A stretch of DNA of 60,516 bases, the filler included, from Squatina squatina (lineage: Eukaryota), in NCBI GenBank assembly GCA_031763465.1. It is 4 parts of 3 records of this genome, joined end to end, with 100 filler letters (N's around TTAATTAATTAA, not from the genome) between each part and the next. Parts side by side here need not be neighbours in the genome. Positions count along the whole stretch, not along the records: positions 1 to 15,069 come from JARFOE010000058.1; positions 15,170 to 30,764 come from JARFOE010000058.1; 2 more parts are not named here. One strand, given 5' to 3'. Each line of letters opens with the position of its first letter. The stretch's first letter is position 1. Below are positions 13,985 through 27,300 of this stretch, one piece after another. Made by a program: the position numbers and the translations under genes. The notes under the pieces are model-generated. The model had not been told where the DNA came from and did not search any database. It saw only the letters and a list, made by a program, of their open reading frames with translations.

Positions 13985-15069
13985 TGAGTTCTGTTGAGGC
14001 TTTGCTTTCTTGTATTCTTTCTTTGAATTGTTTCAGCACTCGTATTATGCCACTTGTTTGTCAGATACACTCAAATACGTACATTTGTTTAAAACTCCAT
14101 ATTTTCTGTCTACGTAGCAAGAGAGGAAATTAATCGGGTAACTGGTGCAATAGTGGTCTGGATAATGCATACATTCTTATAATATGGGGTTGTAAACGGA
14201 TGTAGTTAAATTAACCTAATTCATGGACCTGAAATGTCTGGCGCTGCTGCATTTTCAGCATAAAACTGCTTGGTAAGAATGTAGAAAAATTGTTTTGCAA
14301 GAGATTCTTCACATATCCTCAATACTTAAGGTGTTGTCTTTTTGTTGCATATATTGTTCGAGATCTCGTAGGCTCAGTGCGCTAAGTAATGGTACTGAAT
14401 TGCTAGTAGAACTGTCTACACTGTTTTGTAATCAGTTATTTAGTCAATTGTGCAATTTATTTTATAAAAAAAACAAAATTGTATAATGCTAATTTCATTC
14501 AGAAGGTCTCCATCTATGCAGTAAAGAGTTTTGTCTAAAGTTTTCTGTTTGGGGAAGAAAAATATCATCTGATTATCTTTATCTTTAATTATTAGCAGCA
14601 GAACCTGACTGGTTCCATGCTGATGGCTTATTACTAAAGTGCAAACAGGGTTTCTGAGAAATTTGGCCATGATGCATCCTAAGGGCTTAAATCCAAAACC
14701 AGAGAAAGGCCATTTGGCTTATCGAACCTGCTTATTGAGTCCATGCATGTTTATTCTATCATGCACTTTTGTAATCACCACTTGAATGCCAGGCGTGCTA
14801 GTGACAGCATTTTTTTTTAATTGAAGGTGGGCAGTTGCAAAATAAGTTCTAATTTTAGAAGTATTTCTTTAAAGCTAGCTTAGATTGTGACTATTTATGT
14901 TTTAATAAATAAATAAATAGATAGATAATTTGGTTTGTATTTCCACCAGAGTCCACAACAGTTTCATCAGTTGTTGGGCTGGAATTGCTCAGGTGACTCT
15001 TGTATTATTAGAGCCTGAGGAGAGCATCCAATTGTGACTGAAGTACAAACCGAGCCATGCATTTTCATT

Positions 15070-15169
15070 NNNNNNNNNNNNNNNNNNNNNNNNNNNNNNN
15101 NNNNNNNNNNNNNTTAATTAATTAANNNNNNNNNNNNNNNNNNNNNNNNNNNNNNNNNNNNNNNNNNNN
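15070..15169. other. Artificial scaffold-joining linker (44 N, TTAATTAATTAA, 44 N)
   Basis: Palindromic 12-mer with stops in all six frames centred in a 100-bp gap; identical at 30765-30864 and 44141-44240. Confidence 0.95.
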
Positions 15170-15479
15170 TTGGGCACTACTGTACCACTGTATGCCCTCT
15201 CCTAAACACGCACAGCTAAATGTGCGTTCAGTTGCAGGACAGATCCCTCATCAGCGCTATTTCAAGGGACACATGCAATTTTGAGGTAAGTTGCTTTTTG
15301 CCTTTGTACTGGTGTCTGTACAGTTTATTTGAGCAGTGGCTTGGTGTAAGACATTTTAATAAGTTGATAAAGTGTGCAGGGTGTGCTGCTGGACATTTGC
15401 AAGGGATTGGCTCCAAAGGAGGGCCTCTGAGAACACTATTTGCTCCCAATTATGTGTGCTCTAGTTGCAGTCCCCTTGG

Positions 15480-16450
15480 GTTGCAGCATGACATGGAGAT
15501 GGAGCAGAGGCAGCATAGGGAACTATCTGCTTGCAGAGGGAGGGTCTCAGCAGCAGGCTTTACCCACCTAGGGTCTTTAGGGAGCACTTCTACCTGCACA
15601 TAAGCCAGGAGCAGTGTGTTTGTCAGCTCCGCTTCATCAAGGAGGTGGTCACAGGACATTCTGCAACTTCTTGGAACCAGACCTGGAGCCTTAGTGCAGG
15701 GCGAGGATGGTGCTGCCAGTTGTCCTCAAGGTGACTGTGGCCCTCCATTTCTTCGGCAACAGATTCTTCCAGGCTGGAACAGACGACATTGCAAACATCT
15801 CACAGTTCGCTGTCCATCGCTGTATCCAGGAGATCACAGAGAATCTTTGCACAGGAGAGGGGACTTCATTGTCTCTCTTTAAACAGAGAGAAGCAGCAGA
15901 AGTGTGCACTTGGCTTTGCCAGGATAGTGGACTTCCCCACTTTGCAGGAAGCTATCGACTGCACAGACGTGCTTTGCAGATTTCACACCTCATTGCTGAG
16001 ATGTACGCAACCGCAAAGGGTACCACTCACTTAATGTGCAGTTGGTTTGCGACCATGCCCAGCACATCATGCTGGTGAATGCCCGCTATCCTGCTAGCAG
16101 TCATGATGCCCTCATTTTGTGCCAGACCACTGTGCCAGGAATATTCCAGCCATCACTTCAAACCCGAGGCTGCTCGGCGACAAGAGCTATCCACTCCACA
16201 CCTGGCTGATGGCTAACCTCAGCAACCCCACCACTTGTACCCAGCAATCATGCAGTGAGAGCCATGCTGACACAAGGAACATTATCAAGCAGACCATCTG
16301 GGTGCTAAAGCAATGGTTTTGCTGACTTGACCTTAAAGAGAGGAGCATTCCAGTGCTCGCTGGAGCAGATGTCCCATTTTGTCGTGGTCCGTTGCATTCT
16401 CAACAACAGCAGCTCATGCCACCATGGGCTCCGCCAGCACCTCAGGAAGA
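15480..16450 (+). pseudogene. Decayed PIF/Harbinger (HARBI1-like) DDE transposase
   Basis: Frameshifted pieces LPVVLKVTVALHFF...ISQFAVHRCIQEIT, GFARIVDFPTLQEAIDCTDV, RKGYHSLNVQLVCDH...NARYPASSHDALIL, LLGDKSYPLHTWLM, HADTRNIIKQTIWVLKQWF. Confidence 0.9.
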
Positions 16451-19099
16451 GGAGGAACGGAGGAGGCAGCCTGCCAATCCACATTCAGGACAAGCTGTCT
16501 GTGAGTGCATTATTAGATTCTGGTTCCCCTAATAAAACTGAGATCCCCGTTGCTCTACATTTCCCCACCTTACCTTCGATTTGTTACTGACCATCACCGC
16601 GCCCTCTTAACCACAATCCTGAAATGAAAGGCAACGCAAAACAAACATTCCAAACAAAATTTATCACTCAATCAATCAAATGGTATATATCAAAGTCAAC
16701 TAATCACCCTTGTGCACTCCCTTAGTGTGTGTTCCTTTGCCTGTTCTGGTGCTCCTATGAAGTGCTACCCCAGAGTCTGCAGTATGGCTGGTGGAAGACT
16801 GTTGATTTTCAGTGGGCAGAACTGCAGATGACCTTGCAGGATGACTTCGAGTAGCTCTGGGCCTAGAAGGCCTGGCAGTGACCTGCACCACATCGGCATG
16901 GGTAGCAGCAATGTGGGCTGGCTGACTGACAGGAAGCAGCAGAGTGGCAGTGGTGGGAGGATGAATGTGGTCATCCTGAGAGAAAAAAGCAGGTTCGTAC
17001 TCTACGGAGCTACTCGCCCAGGTTGGTGCTTCAGCAAGTTGTAGTCATCTGTTGGAGATTGCTGGACTGCTGTGACATCTTACAAGCCCCTTTCAAAACT
17101 GATCAATCCAGCTACGATGGCAGCAGTTTATGCTTGCATGGCAGCAAGCTGAGCCTGAATGAGAGCAGTCTGAGCTTGCATTAGAATCATAGACATTTAG
17201 GGGGTGAAATTCGGTAGCGCCACGCTAGAAATGTTGCACCACTTTTTAGCGCTTTAATCTCGCCAAGCCATGGAGGCATTTTTTGGACACGAAATTCGGC
17301 AGTGTTTTCATTTTTTTCAGGATTGGCACTGTTCGGAGGTGTTAACAGCTGAGTGGAGGTGCTGACTGCAGAGGCAAGGCGCTGATGCCAGGGTCAAGCT
17401 CCTGACTGCAGAGTGAAGGAGAAGGCTTCAGACTGAAGGAGCTGCCTGCAGAGTCAAGGAAGTAATGCCAGTCACAAGGAGCTGCCAGGAGAAGATTACA
17501 AATTGAAGGAAGTGACAGCAGAGTCAAAGAGAAGATTACAAACTGAAGGGGCTGCCACCAGAGTGAAGGAAATCTTCTGTAGGCCGCCCCATCAAAGTCC
17601 TCATCTGAGTCCTGTGCAGCAAAACTCATGTGCAAGCTCATCTTCCAGGATGTTGCCACCTGTGCTACCCTTTCCCCCTGACCTGGCAGTAGCCCACTCA
17701 TGCCCGGTGAGTCACCACATGCAGATTCTACCTCTATACTACCCTCTAAAATCTGNNNNNNNNNNNNNNNNNNNNNNNNNNNNNNNNNNNNNNNNNNNNN
17801 NNNNNNNNNNNNNNNNNNNNNNNNNNNNNNNNNNNNNNNNNNNNNNNNNNNNNNNCATTGCCTGAAGGTGGCACACCATCTCTACAGCAGTGAAACTTTT
17901 GCAGATTTCATACCAGTTATTACTCAAATTTTACATTAAATATTGAAATAGTCAAACTTTTTTTTAAAGTTAAAAGACGTTAAAGACATGTACAAGTCTC
18001 TTCAGCTTTTTATTTAATTATTTAGCAGTAAACTGGTAATTTCTTACAGATGGAATTTAAACTTGGAGGACTGGTTTTTCCTGCACAATCCAGCAGCAAG
18101 AGTGGGGAACTGAGGTTGTGAGGCTAACTGCTGCCTCACCACCTGACATCAGTATCGCTCCCCCACCCACGCCAGGAGAACACCGACTGTCCATTCCCCA
18201 CCCACTGTATGTAAATGCTCACGGGCACGTGGGGCCTGGCCACCTGTCTTATTTCCCTTCAGTCCGCCCCAGGTGCTGCCACTCCCTGAGACTGCCTGGT
18301 GGATAGTGGCAGTAGGCCCATGGAAAGGCTGCAAGAGCCATTAACTTGAAGGAGGGAGCCTACAAGAGGCCTCCAAAACCTTCATTTCATTTCCAAATGC
18401 TCACCTGTTGATGCCTTTGTCTTGCTCGAGGCCGAAAAAGTAATGTTATTTTGTCTTTGGGGCACCTTCCCTGCTAATGTCCCCTGCTATCTCTTCTGAT
18501 GCTGCAGCAGCATCCCCACTGCTGAACCGCCAGGATTTCCCCCCGCCCTTTGCACTGGCAGGCTCTCTGTAAATGGCAGGAATGCTCCCAGGAGCCTGCT
18601 GTGCATTTCAATGACCCCTGGCCCAGGGAAATGCATCAGAGTCAGAATGGATTCGGAGGAGTGGGTGCAAGGCCCTTTCTGCTGCATAATCAGTGGAGAA
18701 TCCAGCCCATGATTTGTCAGCTGAATCAAATTATCAATATATCAGATTGTAATTTGTTTTTCCTCTCTCTTTTCACTCTTCCTTCTCTCTCTCTCTCCCT
18801 CCCTTTATGCTGCATTCTCCTCTCTCAAAAAATATTTTTCTCAGCAAATATTCTTTCTCTCTTCTCTCTTTTCTCCGCCTTTACTCTGTCGATTTCTTCC
18901 CTGTCCTCCCTATAGCAGCAATATTGACAGGGGTGGGTTGCGTAGGTGGAAGAGGAGGGGTGGAGTTTCGTACAGGAAACCCAGAAGCCCAGGTTTCCCN
19001 NNNNNNNNNNNNNNNNNNNNNNNNNNNNNNNNNNNNNNNNNNNNNNNNNNNNNNNNNNNNNNNNNNNNNNNNNNNNNNNNNNNNNNNNNNNNNNNNNNN

Positions 19100-19380
19100 C
19101 AGTGCCCTCTCATATTGCCACCCCTTCTCCCTGGGGAAAGAGATGAAATTGCTTTCTCCAGCAAATAATACATCCATTACTTGCTTCATGCATCTGTGCA
19201 CAGCTGGTTGGCTAATGCGAGTGATGGCTCCAGTAGCAGCCTGGAATGAACTCGTAGCATAAAAGTTAAGGGCAGTTGTGATCTTGACAATCACTGGCAG
19301 TGCACTGCCTTTGGTGGAGATGGGTTATAGGTCAGTTTGTAGCTTATAGCATAATTTAGTCATGACTTTCCTTGTAAAGT
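19100..19380 (-). pseudogene. Second Harbinger transposase fragment, abutting a CR1 insertion
   Basis: LPVIVKITTALNFYATSSFQAATGAITRISQPAVHRCMKQVMDVLF is homologous to the N-terminal region of the 15.7-kb copy. Confidence 0.8.
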
Positions 19381-19384
19381 GAAG

Positions 19385-19706
19385 TGTCCTCTGAAAAGTG
19401 TGAGGTAATGCATTTGGGGAGGGCTAACAATGCAAGGGAATACACAACAAATGGTAGGATACTGAGAAATGTAGAGGAGCTGAGGGGCCTTGGAGTGCAT
19501 GTCCACAGAACACTGAAGGTAGCAGGACAGGTAGATAAGGTGGTCAAGAAGGCATACAGGACACTTGCCTTTATTAGCAGAGGCATAGAATATAAAAGTA
19601 GGGAGGTTATGCTGGGACTGTATAAAATGCTAGTTAGGCCACAGCTGGAGTACTGCGTGCAGTTCAGGTCACCGCACTAAAGGAAAGATGTAGTGTCACT
19701 AGAGAG
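19385..19706 (+). mobile_element. CR1 LINE ORF2 C-terminal fragment
   Basis: EKCEVMHLGR...LGVHVHRTLKVAGQVDKVVKKAYRTLAFISRGIEYKSREVMLGLYKMLVRPQLEYCVQF. Confidence 0.9.
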
Positions 19707-20913
19707 NNNNNNNNNNNNNNNNNNNNNNNNNNNNNNNNNNNNNNNNNNNNNNNNNNNNNNNNNNNNNNNNNNNNNNNNNNNNNNNNNNNNNNNNNNNNNN
19801 NNNNNNGAGAACAGAGGAGATGGGGGATTTAGGTTGGCAGAGCAGAAAGTCTGAGCAGATTGGGTATGACTGTGCTCAGGTCATGCAGAGGAGAGATTTG
19901 GAGTTGTTCAGGACCTGACTGGGTGGGACAAAAATAAATCAAAGAGCACCTAAATAACTTAAAAATAGAAAGCTAAAAATAAAAGTGAAGTAAGTCAGTT
20001 AAAATTAGGGAAGTGAGGTAAAAATAGTGAAAGTAGAGCAAATACAGAAGAAATGACTGCATTATGTGTTCTTGTGGAATTGACTGATTGTTGGCATGCA
20101 ATTTGTTTGTTCTAATTATATGATCACATGGTTAGCATAAGCTACCGGCAATGCTGAAGGACTCTACAATCTACACTATTACATTTATACGCAAAGCTTT
20201 CAAAAATATAGATACATTTTAATGCTTTGTATGTTTCTTTTTATTTGTCCACATTACGCTTCAATATCATAACCGAAGTGTTTGAATATGTGCTCAAATA
20301 ATATGCGACCCACTTAGAGACAGTGACAGCTGCAACCGCGCCCTGTGAAAGTGGGAAGGGGTTAACTTCCAAGCGTGATTGTTAAGAAAACACTTCAGCT
20401 GGGAAAGGATTCTGAACTCTCTCACCAGCACCATAATCCAAGCCTCAGGCCCAGAGAGGGAGATCTGAAAACCACAAACGTTCATAGGAAATTGCAAAAA
20501 CATTTCTCAAAGTATGAACCTTAATTAACCAAATTATAGAGAATTATTAAACCAACAAAGCAGCAGCAGAGCAAAATGAGAAACAACACAGTTGCCACAC
20601 TGGGCAGCAGTTTGATTCGATGTCGCAGCAGTGAAATCGAGACACCGGGACCTCAAGCTTGGCCAGACAATTAACTTTACGTTTAAAAAGGAGATTGCCA
20701 GATTCCCATTGTTATCCCTAGGGTCCTCTTTAAGTCTGTCAGAGGTGCAAATCTACAGAATATAAACAATTAAGTTACTACCTTAACCCTCCATGCACTC
20801 CCATTCCCTTGATNNNNNNNNNNNNNNNNNNNNNNNNNNNNNNNNNNNNNNNNNNNNNNNNNNNNNNNNNNNNNNNNNNNNNNNNNNNNNNNNNNNNNNN
20901 NNNNNNNNNNNNN

Positions 20914-21105
20914 GCTTCACACTTATCTGCATGAAATTGCATCTGCCATGTGCCTACCCATTTCATCAGTCTGCCTATGTTCTCCTGAAGCCTGCTACTA
21001 TCCTCCTCACTATTTACTATGCATCATCCGCAAATTTCAAAATTATACTCTCTATATCCAAGTCCAGGTCATTTATATAGAACAAGAAAGCAATGGTCTT
21101 AATAC
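20914..21105 (-). mobile_element. CR1 LINE fragment
   Basis: Minus-strand KWVGTWQMQFHADKCE, preceded by decayed INDLD...KFADD-like sequence. Confidence 0.75.
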
Positions 21106-21700
21106 CAGTGTTGGGAAAAACAACATATTCTGTGGCAGCTGTTAAAACATTACAGACATTATAATATGACAAAAAAGCATTAAAAGGTCACTAGGATCTC
21201 ATTAACTTATAGACATCACAGGTCACAAGCCTGAAGCCGATAGCCTTGCAATAAATACTTGACCTAACAGCACACATTTTACATTCTGGCAGTTAATGGA
21301 TCCATTATCAGAACTCAATGTTCCAAAGTTCAAATGCAGGATTTCCATCATTAATTTTATTGTCCACATTCTATTGATTCCCTTTTTCAGTTCCAATGGT
21401 TGGATATTCAGAGTTGGATAAGGGGAGCAAGATAAATTTGGGAGCAAATAAAATACATATTCTGGAATTAAAATATTTGCTGAAACATGAAATTAATGAC
21501 ATGCGTAGGAGCCAAATCAAATGCCTAACCCAAAATAATGGGGCTGAGTCAAGTCATTTTGTGATTTGTTTCTGAAGATCTACATTTGGCCTAATGTTGG
21601 NNNNNNNNNNNNNNNNNNNNNNNNNNNNNNNNNNNNNNNNNNNNNNNNNNNNNNNNNNNNNNNNNNNNNNNNNNNNNNNNNNNNNNNNNNNNNNNNNNNN

Positions 21701-22240
21701 TGGTTTATTATGTAGAGAGTATATTTCATAGAGGAGTGTATTAAAAAGGGTGTGTTATGTAGAAGGGGTTGTTATATAAGGGAATTTGCTATATAAAGGC
21801 TGTACTGTAAGTACTATAAGAGATGTGTTATATACAGAGTATGCTATATAGAGGATTTTGTTATGTAAGCAGTGTGCTATATAACAGAATGTTACATACA
21901 GAGTGAGATATATAAATGACATTATATAGAGCAGTGTGTTGTATAAAAGGGTGTGTTAAATAGAGTGATGCACTATATAAAGGATGCATTGTAGGTGGTG
22001 TGTTTTATACACTGTATATGTTATATAGAGGTGTAAGTTATATAGAGGAATGTGCTATATAAAGGGTATATATATACAATGTTATATACAATGTGTTATA
22101 CACAGTGTATGCTATCAATGTGTTTATTTAGAGGCTATGTGGCTTTGTTATATAAATAGGTGTATTATATAGCGGGTATTTTTATTATATAAAGTTGACT
22201 TTATAAACAAAGCATGCTATATAAAGAGATGTATAATATA
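21701..22240. repeat. Degenerate AT-rich minisatellite (GTGTGTTATATAGAG-like, about 19-20 bp)
   Basis: Recurring GTG(T/C)TATATA motifs across about 540 bp. Confidence 0.7.
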
Positions 22241-24194
22241 GTATCATTTTCTGCAGTTCCGCTGTTCAACAGGAAGATGTCAGCCATGCACAGAGTAGCA
22301 CGCGGTATGAGGACTGGCAGATGCCTACAGCAAAGCATTCCTGACCTGTTGTCTTCCATTAAGCTAATGCCGTTTCCAAATTAAATGAAGAGCATGACAA
22401 AAGTGATGGAAATTGATGTAATTAAACGCCATTACAACTAATTACAGCTTAACTCACTGGAACAAGACATTCAGTTTCATTAGGAGAATGATTCTGTTTT
22501 CTAAAGATTGAGTTGTTAATAACTTGCTGTACAATCCTTTTATAAGACACTGTAACTAGGAAATGGAAAATTCTTAACTCTCTAAATACCTGAAACCAGC
22601 TTACAATCGTTTTCCCTTACTCTACTTTGTGAAATTTGTGTTCAAGGCAAGGCATATAAAGCACTCCCAAGCCAAATACAGTATGGGCTAAATGCAGAGA
22701 AAAGCTCTCATCACTGCCCCATCAAGCTCCCAGGTCAGGTACAGCANNNNNNNNNNNNNNNNNNNNNNNNNNNNNNNNNNNNNNNNNNNNNNNNNNNNNN
22801 NNNNNNNNNNNNNNNNNNNNNNNNNNNNNNNNNNNNNNNNNNNNNNACTTCTGACAAAGTTACAGCAGCACAGCAACAGGGAGTCCAAGGATATCCTGAG
22901 CCACAATAGGCCAATGATTTCTTTCTGAGGCTCTTTGGGTATAACAGTGACTACAGTCCAACAGTACTTCATTGTAAAGTGCGTTGAGATGTCTGGCGGT
23001 CATGAAAGTCGCTTTATAATTGAAAGTCTTTCTTTAACTGTATTTCAGCAAGAGGGGAGTGCAAAACCAATGATTTGGTTCCAATTATTAGCTATTGACT
23101 CAAGCTCATTTGAGGCAAAACAACATTTAAAGGGACAAGTGCAATTTTCATTCAAAATCGTTTGACATACTTATCGTTGATGGACTGACAGATTCCCTGT
23201 ACAATGATGCAGTTTGTATTACAGATGTGGCAAAAGCTCAAGAAACCTGACAGTTGAATTAATAATTTTTCTCAACTTTTGCCCCACCCTGACAATGAAG
23301 AAAATGCCCCTTTAAAAGTGCAATAAGATGGTAACAGCTTGGGTGATCTGAATGCTTTGAATGTCAGAGTATGATAAAAGGTAAATAATTTGATCACATA
23401 AAGTTTTAATAGTTTTATAATAAATTATTAAATCTATACTTTCAACTTAAAGTTCAAATCAATGAACTTCGTGAAATTAACACTTTTTTTTCCATGTGTG
23501 AGGGTCAAAACTGAGGGTTCTGTGAGGTGAGGATCGGAATACGAAAGCTGAATTGACGGAGTGTTCATATTTCAGGCTTTCAAACACGACCTCGGCCTGG
23601 CTGTCAGCCCTGCTTGTTTGTACAAATGTTCCACACTTCAAACGTTCTTCCGGAACAGGCTGCCTGGTGAAATTAACAGGTCACCCATCATTAACTGCCA
23701 AAACAGACCTGTCCCCTAGCATAACCTGCAGGCCAGGCCGGCCACGCAGCTACACAAGGGCATTGCTGTGGAGAAGGTATGCAAGGGTTTCCTGAGCACC
23801 CCCTCCTTTCACCACCAGCCCCATCCTGCTGAATACAAGGAGCTGATAATTGAGTGCAATGAATTCACAAAATTCCACCAAACTTTCATGACCAATAATT
23901 GATTATTGATGTTTTGTGACCTTTCACTCTGTTATGGATACCCTCAAGCAACAATCCTTCAGTGCAGAAATCTGTATTTAAACCGTTTCAGCAGTTGTAT
24001 TTTATACGTTCATTGTTTTTGTTTAATAAACTTCAATTACAATAAAAGATTCTCTGACATAGACTGACTTCATTCAGGGCTGTTCTTGAGTTGTCAGCTG
24101 CCNNNNNNNNNNATGGAAAATAAGCTTTAGGCAGTCTCAAACCAGTTCATAATGAGCAAGAATCCAAGCACAAAATTTACAAACAGCTCATCTA

Positions 24195-24340
24195 AAGTAA
24201 GGGTGTGTTCCCTCGACACTGTTCCATCAAGCAAATTCAAGTCAGGTACAGCACAGGTTGTTGCAAAGTAATCCCCTTCTATGCTGTTCTGGCAATGTGC
24301 CTTAATTCCAAGAAGAGCACCCCTTATTGCAGCAGTGGCC
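24195..24340 (-). mobile_element. Deu-domain SINE core fragment (AmnSINE/SacSINE-like)
   Basis: CCCTCGACACTGTTCCATCAAGCAAATTCAAGTCAGGTACAGCACAGGTT resembles the reversed Deu domain; related pieces at 22690-22746 and 11160-11290. Confidence 0.55.
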
Positions 24341-27300
24341 TGCCTGAGTGAGATTACAAATTAGCTCATCAATCCAGAATAAAAGTTTGAATTCCCCATC
24401 ATGTCATCATGAATGAATCTAAGCCTTTCACCTCCACTGCACGTGCAGAAGACCATTCCAAGTGTTTGTCATTCTTTGCATGAAATCCCTCTTGACATCT
24501 ATCCTAAATTAGAACCATAGAATCATAGAATCATAGAACAATACAGNNNNNNNNNNNNNNNNNNNNNNNNNNNNNNNNNNNNNNNNNNNNNNNNNNNNNN
24601 NNNNNNNNNNNNNNNNNNNNNNNNNNNNNNNNNNNNNNNNNNNNNNGAATGCTCCCTTTAACTGTCCATTCTCTTAAATCAATAGCTTGAAATACACCCT
24701 GCTCTTTCATTTCATTAATATTCTGCATGGTCTCTCAGGTGACATTCCAACTTTAAGACTGACAAATCATATGGGCAGGAATGAAAACTTCTGCATATTT
24801 AAATTTTAATACATTTTGATGCATATTTTTTATTTCTGTGAAAATGTCACATGCGCCTATCGTACCCCAGTCCTGCCAAAGACACCATCAGAACCAGGCG
24901 GCAAGCTCTGACACATCAAACGATGCTGAGTGATGCTGTCAACCTTCAACAAAGAACTGATGTGACTGAAAATCAGTTGCTTTTGTTTGCACTATTTACC
25001 AAGAGGTTGGGGGTGGCCTGGTTGCCCCTTCTCCCTAGCGATAAACGCTTTGAATAAACGTTTATGACATTTTCCTCTTTAGTCCCTTAGGGAAGGCAAT
25101 GCAAATTTCATAGCTTACCATCAAAGAGCACTTATAAAAGAAGACATTTAAAATAAACTTGACAGAAACAGAATTATTTGAAAGTATGGGATTTAAGCTT
25201 TCTGATCAGCGGCAGCAAGGACTACTGCCATTGGGAAATAACTCCTTCCACACGCTGTATTCCAGCTCCTGTCACTGTCCTCCAGGCTCAACAAACGGCA
25301 ACAGGTGATTTGAATACTTTAGCTCTTTGATGCTGCTCCGTTTGTGTCAGCTGTGACTCAATGGGTAGCATCCTCCCCTCTGAGTAAAAAGGTNNNNNNN
25401 NNNNNNNNNNNNNNNNNNNNNNNNNNNNNNNNNNNNNNNNNNNNNNNNNNNNNNNNNNNNNNNNNNNNNNNNNNNNNNNNNNNNNNNNNNNNNGACACAC
25501 TGAAATCTTTCACAGGTGTAAAATAAATGACCCCTAGAATTTACATGAGGTGCAAGTATAGTGGCGGAGGGCTAGGGTACTGTTCATGACAAATTTTCAA
25601 GCAAAATATATTTACTGCGATTTGGGAGGTGGGGAACACAAATGTGACCAAGAAATCAGAAGAACTATCAAATATTTGTGAGCAGCTTCTGACTGCTGTC
25701 AGATTAATACTGAATGCACCATGTGGAAAGATGGTGGCTTGGCTTACTTTTCATTTCATTTAGCGTTAGTTGGTTAGAATATTTAGACCAGGTACAATCC
25801 GTTACTTTCAAATAATTAAATTCTAACTTGGTCAATTATGAGTTGGTTGTAAGTGGGGACTTGTTAAGGAACGTGAAGCCTACCTAAAATAAGTTTGGTT
25901 AGAAATAATAAAAAAGTTCTTTGGATATAATTTAATAAGCAGTGATGCCCTTGGCAAGGCTAATACTATTGTTGGGGAGGGAAGCAGTGGAAGTGGGGAG
26001 GAGGCTGGATGTGTGGGAATGTGTCGGAAGTCTGGTTTGATTAGGATCAGCTGTTCGGTTGATGCCGACACAGTGCGAGTACTGTCTGGGGCTGGACAAA
26101 TAATCTCAATCTCTGAATGTTAATGAACACAAGATTCTTGGCAGCCCGGAAGCTACAAAGCCGGAGCAACACTGGGGTTCTCAACCACAAGATTCACAAG
26201 GAAACAAAAAAGCGTGGAAATGAGAAAAGGCCATTTGGCACATTGGGCCCACTCCTTCCACAGACGATGCACATTAGATGTAATCTCTCCTATGATGGTT
26301 TGTATCCCAACCATTTAATCTCCAGAGAGGAAGTTCTGTATAAATATTCTCTGATCCCTAAAGATTATCAACTGACGTTCCAAAATATTCATCATCACAT
26401 CTTCACCATTCAACCTGGCCTGCTGCCCTTAAGGTGATATTCATCCCCAGATGATGCATTTGATCATCTCAGTCTATACTATCTCTATAAGCACCTCTTT
26501 CATTTTCAACCAGATATTTTTTCAGTTCCTTTTTGAAGGGTTAATGATCTGGTTAATAGTCAACTGGTTTTCCTGGGAGTAATTACATTTTACTTGAGCA
26601 AGAATGTTATTGATAATAAGACTAATCCTACCCCATATTTGTTCGGTTCTGGTATATGTGAGATTCAAAGAAAACTGCTTNNNNNNNNNNNNNNNNNNNN
26701 NNNNNNNNNNNNNNNNNNNNNNNNNNNNNNNNNNNNNNNNNNNNNNNNNNNNNNNNNNNNNNNNNNNNNNNNNNNNNNNNGGTTCAAATGTAGCCTGGGA
26801 AAAGTGTCTGTGTCAATATAAGAGCATCAAGAGATAAATCACTACCTCTGGCCGGAGTAGTGTCTTTTGGGCACTTCATTAAAGACTGGGGGAGAATTTT
26901 CGCAGGATTATCCCGATCTACCAACCTAACCTTGGTAGGAGATCAGCAGAAACCCTGAAAGAAAGGACACAACAAGCCATTTTTAGCCATTTGTGCTGTT
27001 TCTGTACGAGTTTCACCGATCTCATGCCAGAGAACCCCGGAGAAAATTCCAGGCGATTTCCTTACAAAATTTGATTTGCGTGGTATCAGTACTAATTTCA
27101 GCAGCATTTGCAACCCGTCCATTCTAATTTTTTATTAAATTTATGAATTGTTACTATTATTCCTCAAAGGGAATATTTTTTCTTCGGATCATTTCATTCC
27201 AATGGAGACTGTTTCATAAATCCAGGATAGAAAAAATATTGGTGCTGATCATGTTTCCCAGGTGACTGACAGTAACTCAAGAAGATCAAGACATCAAATC

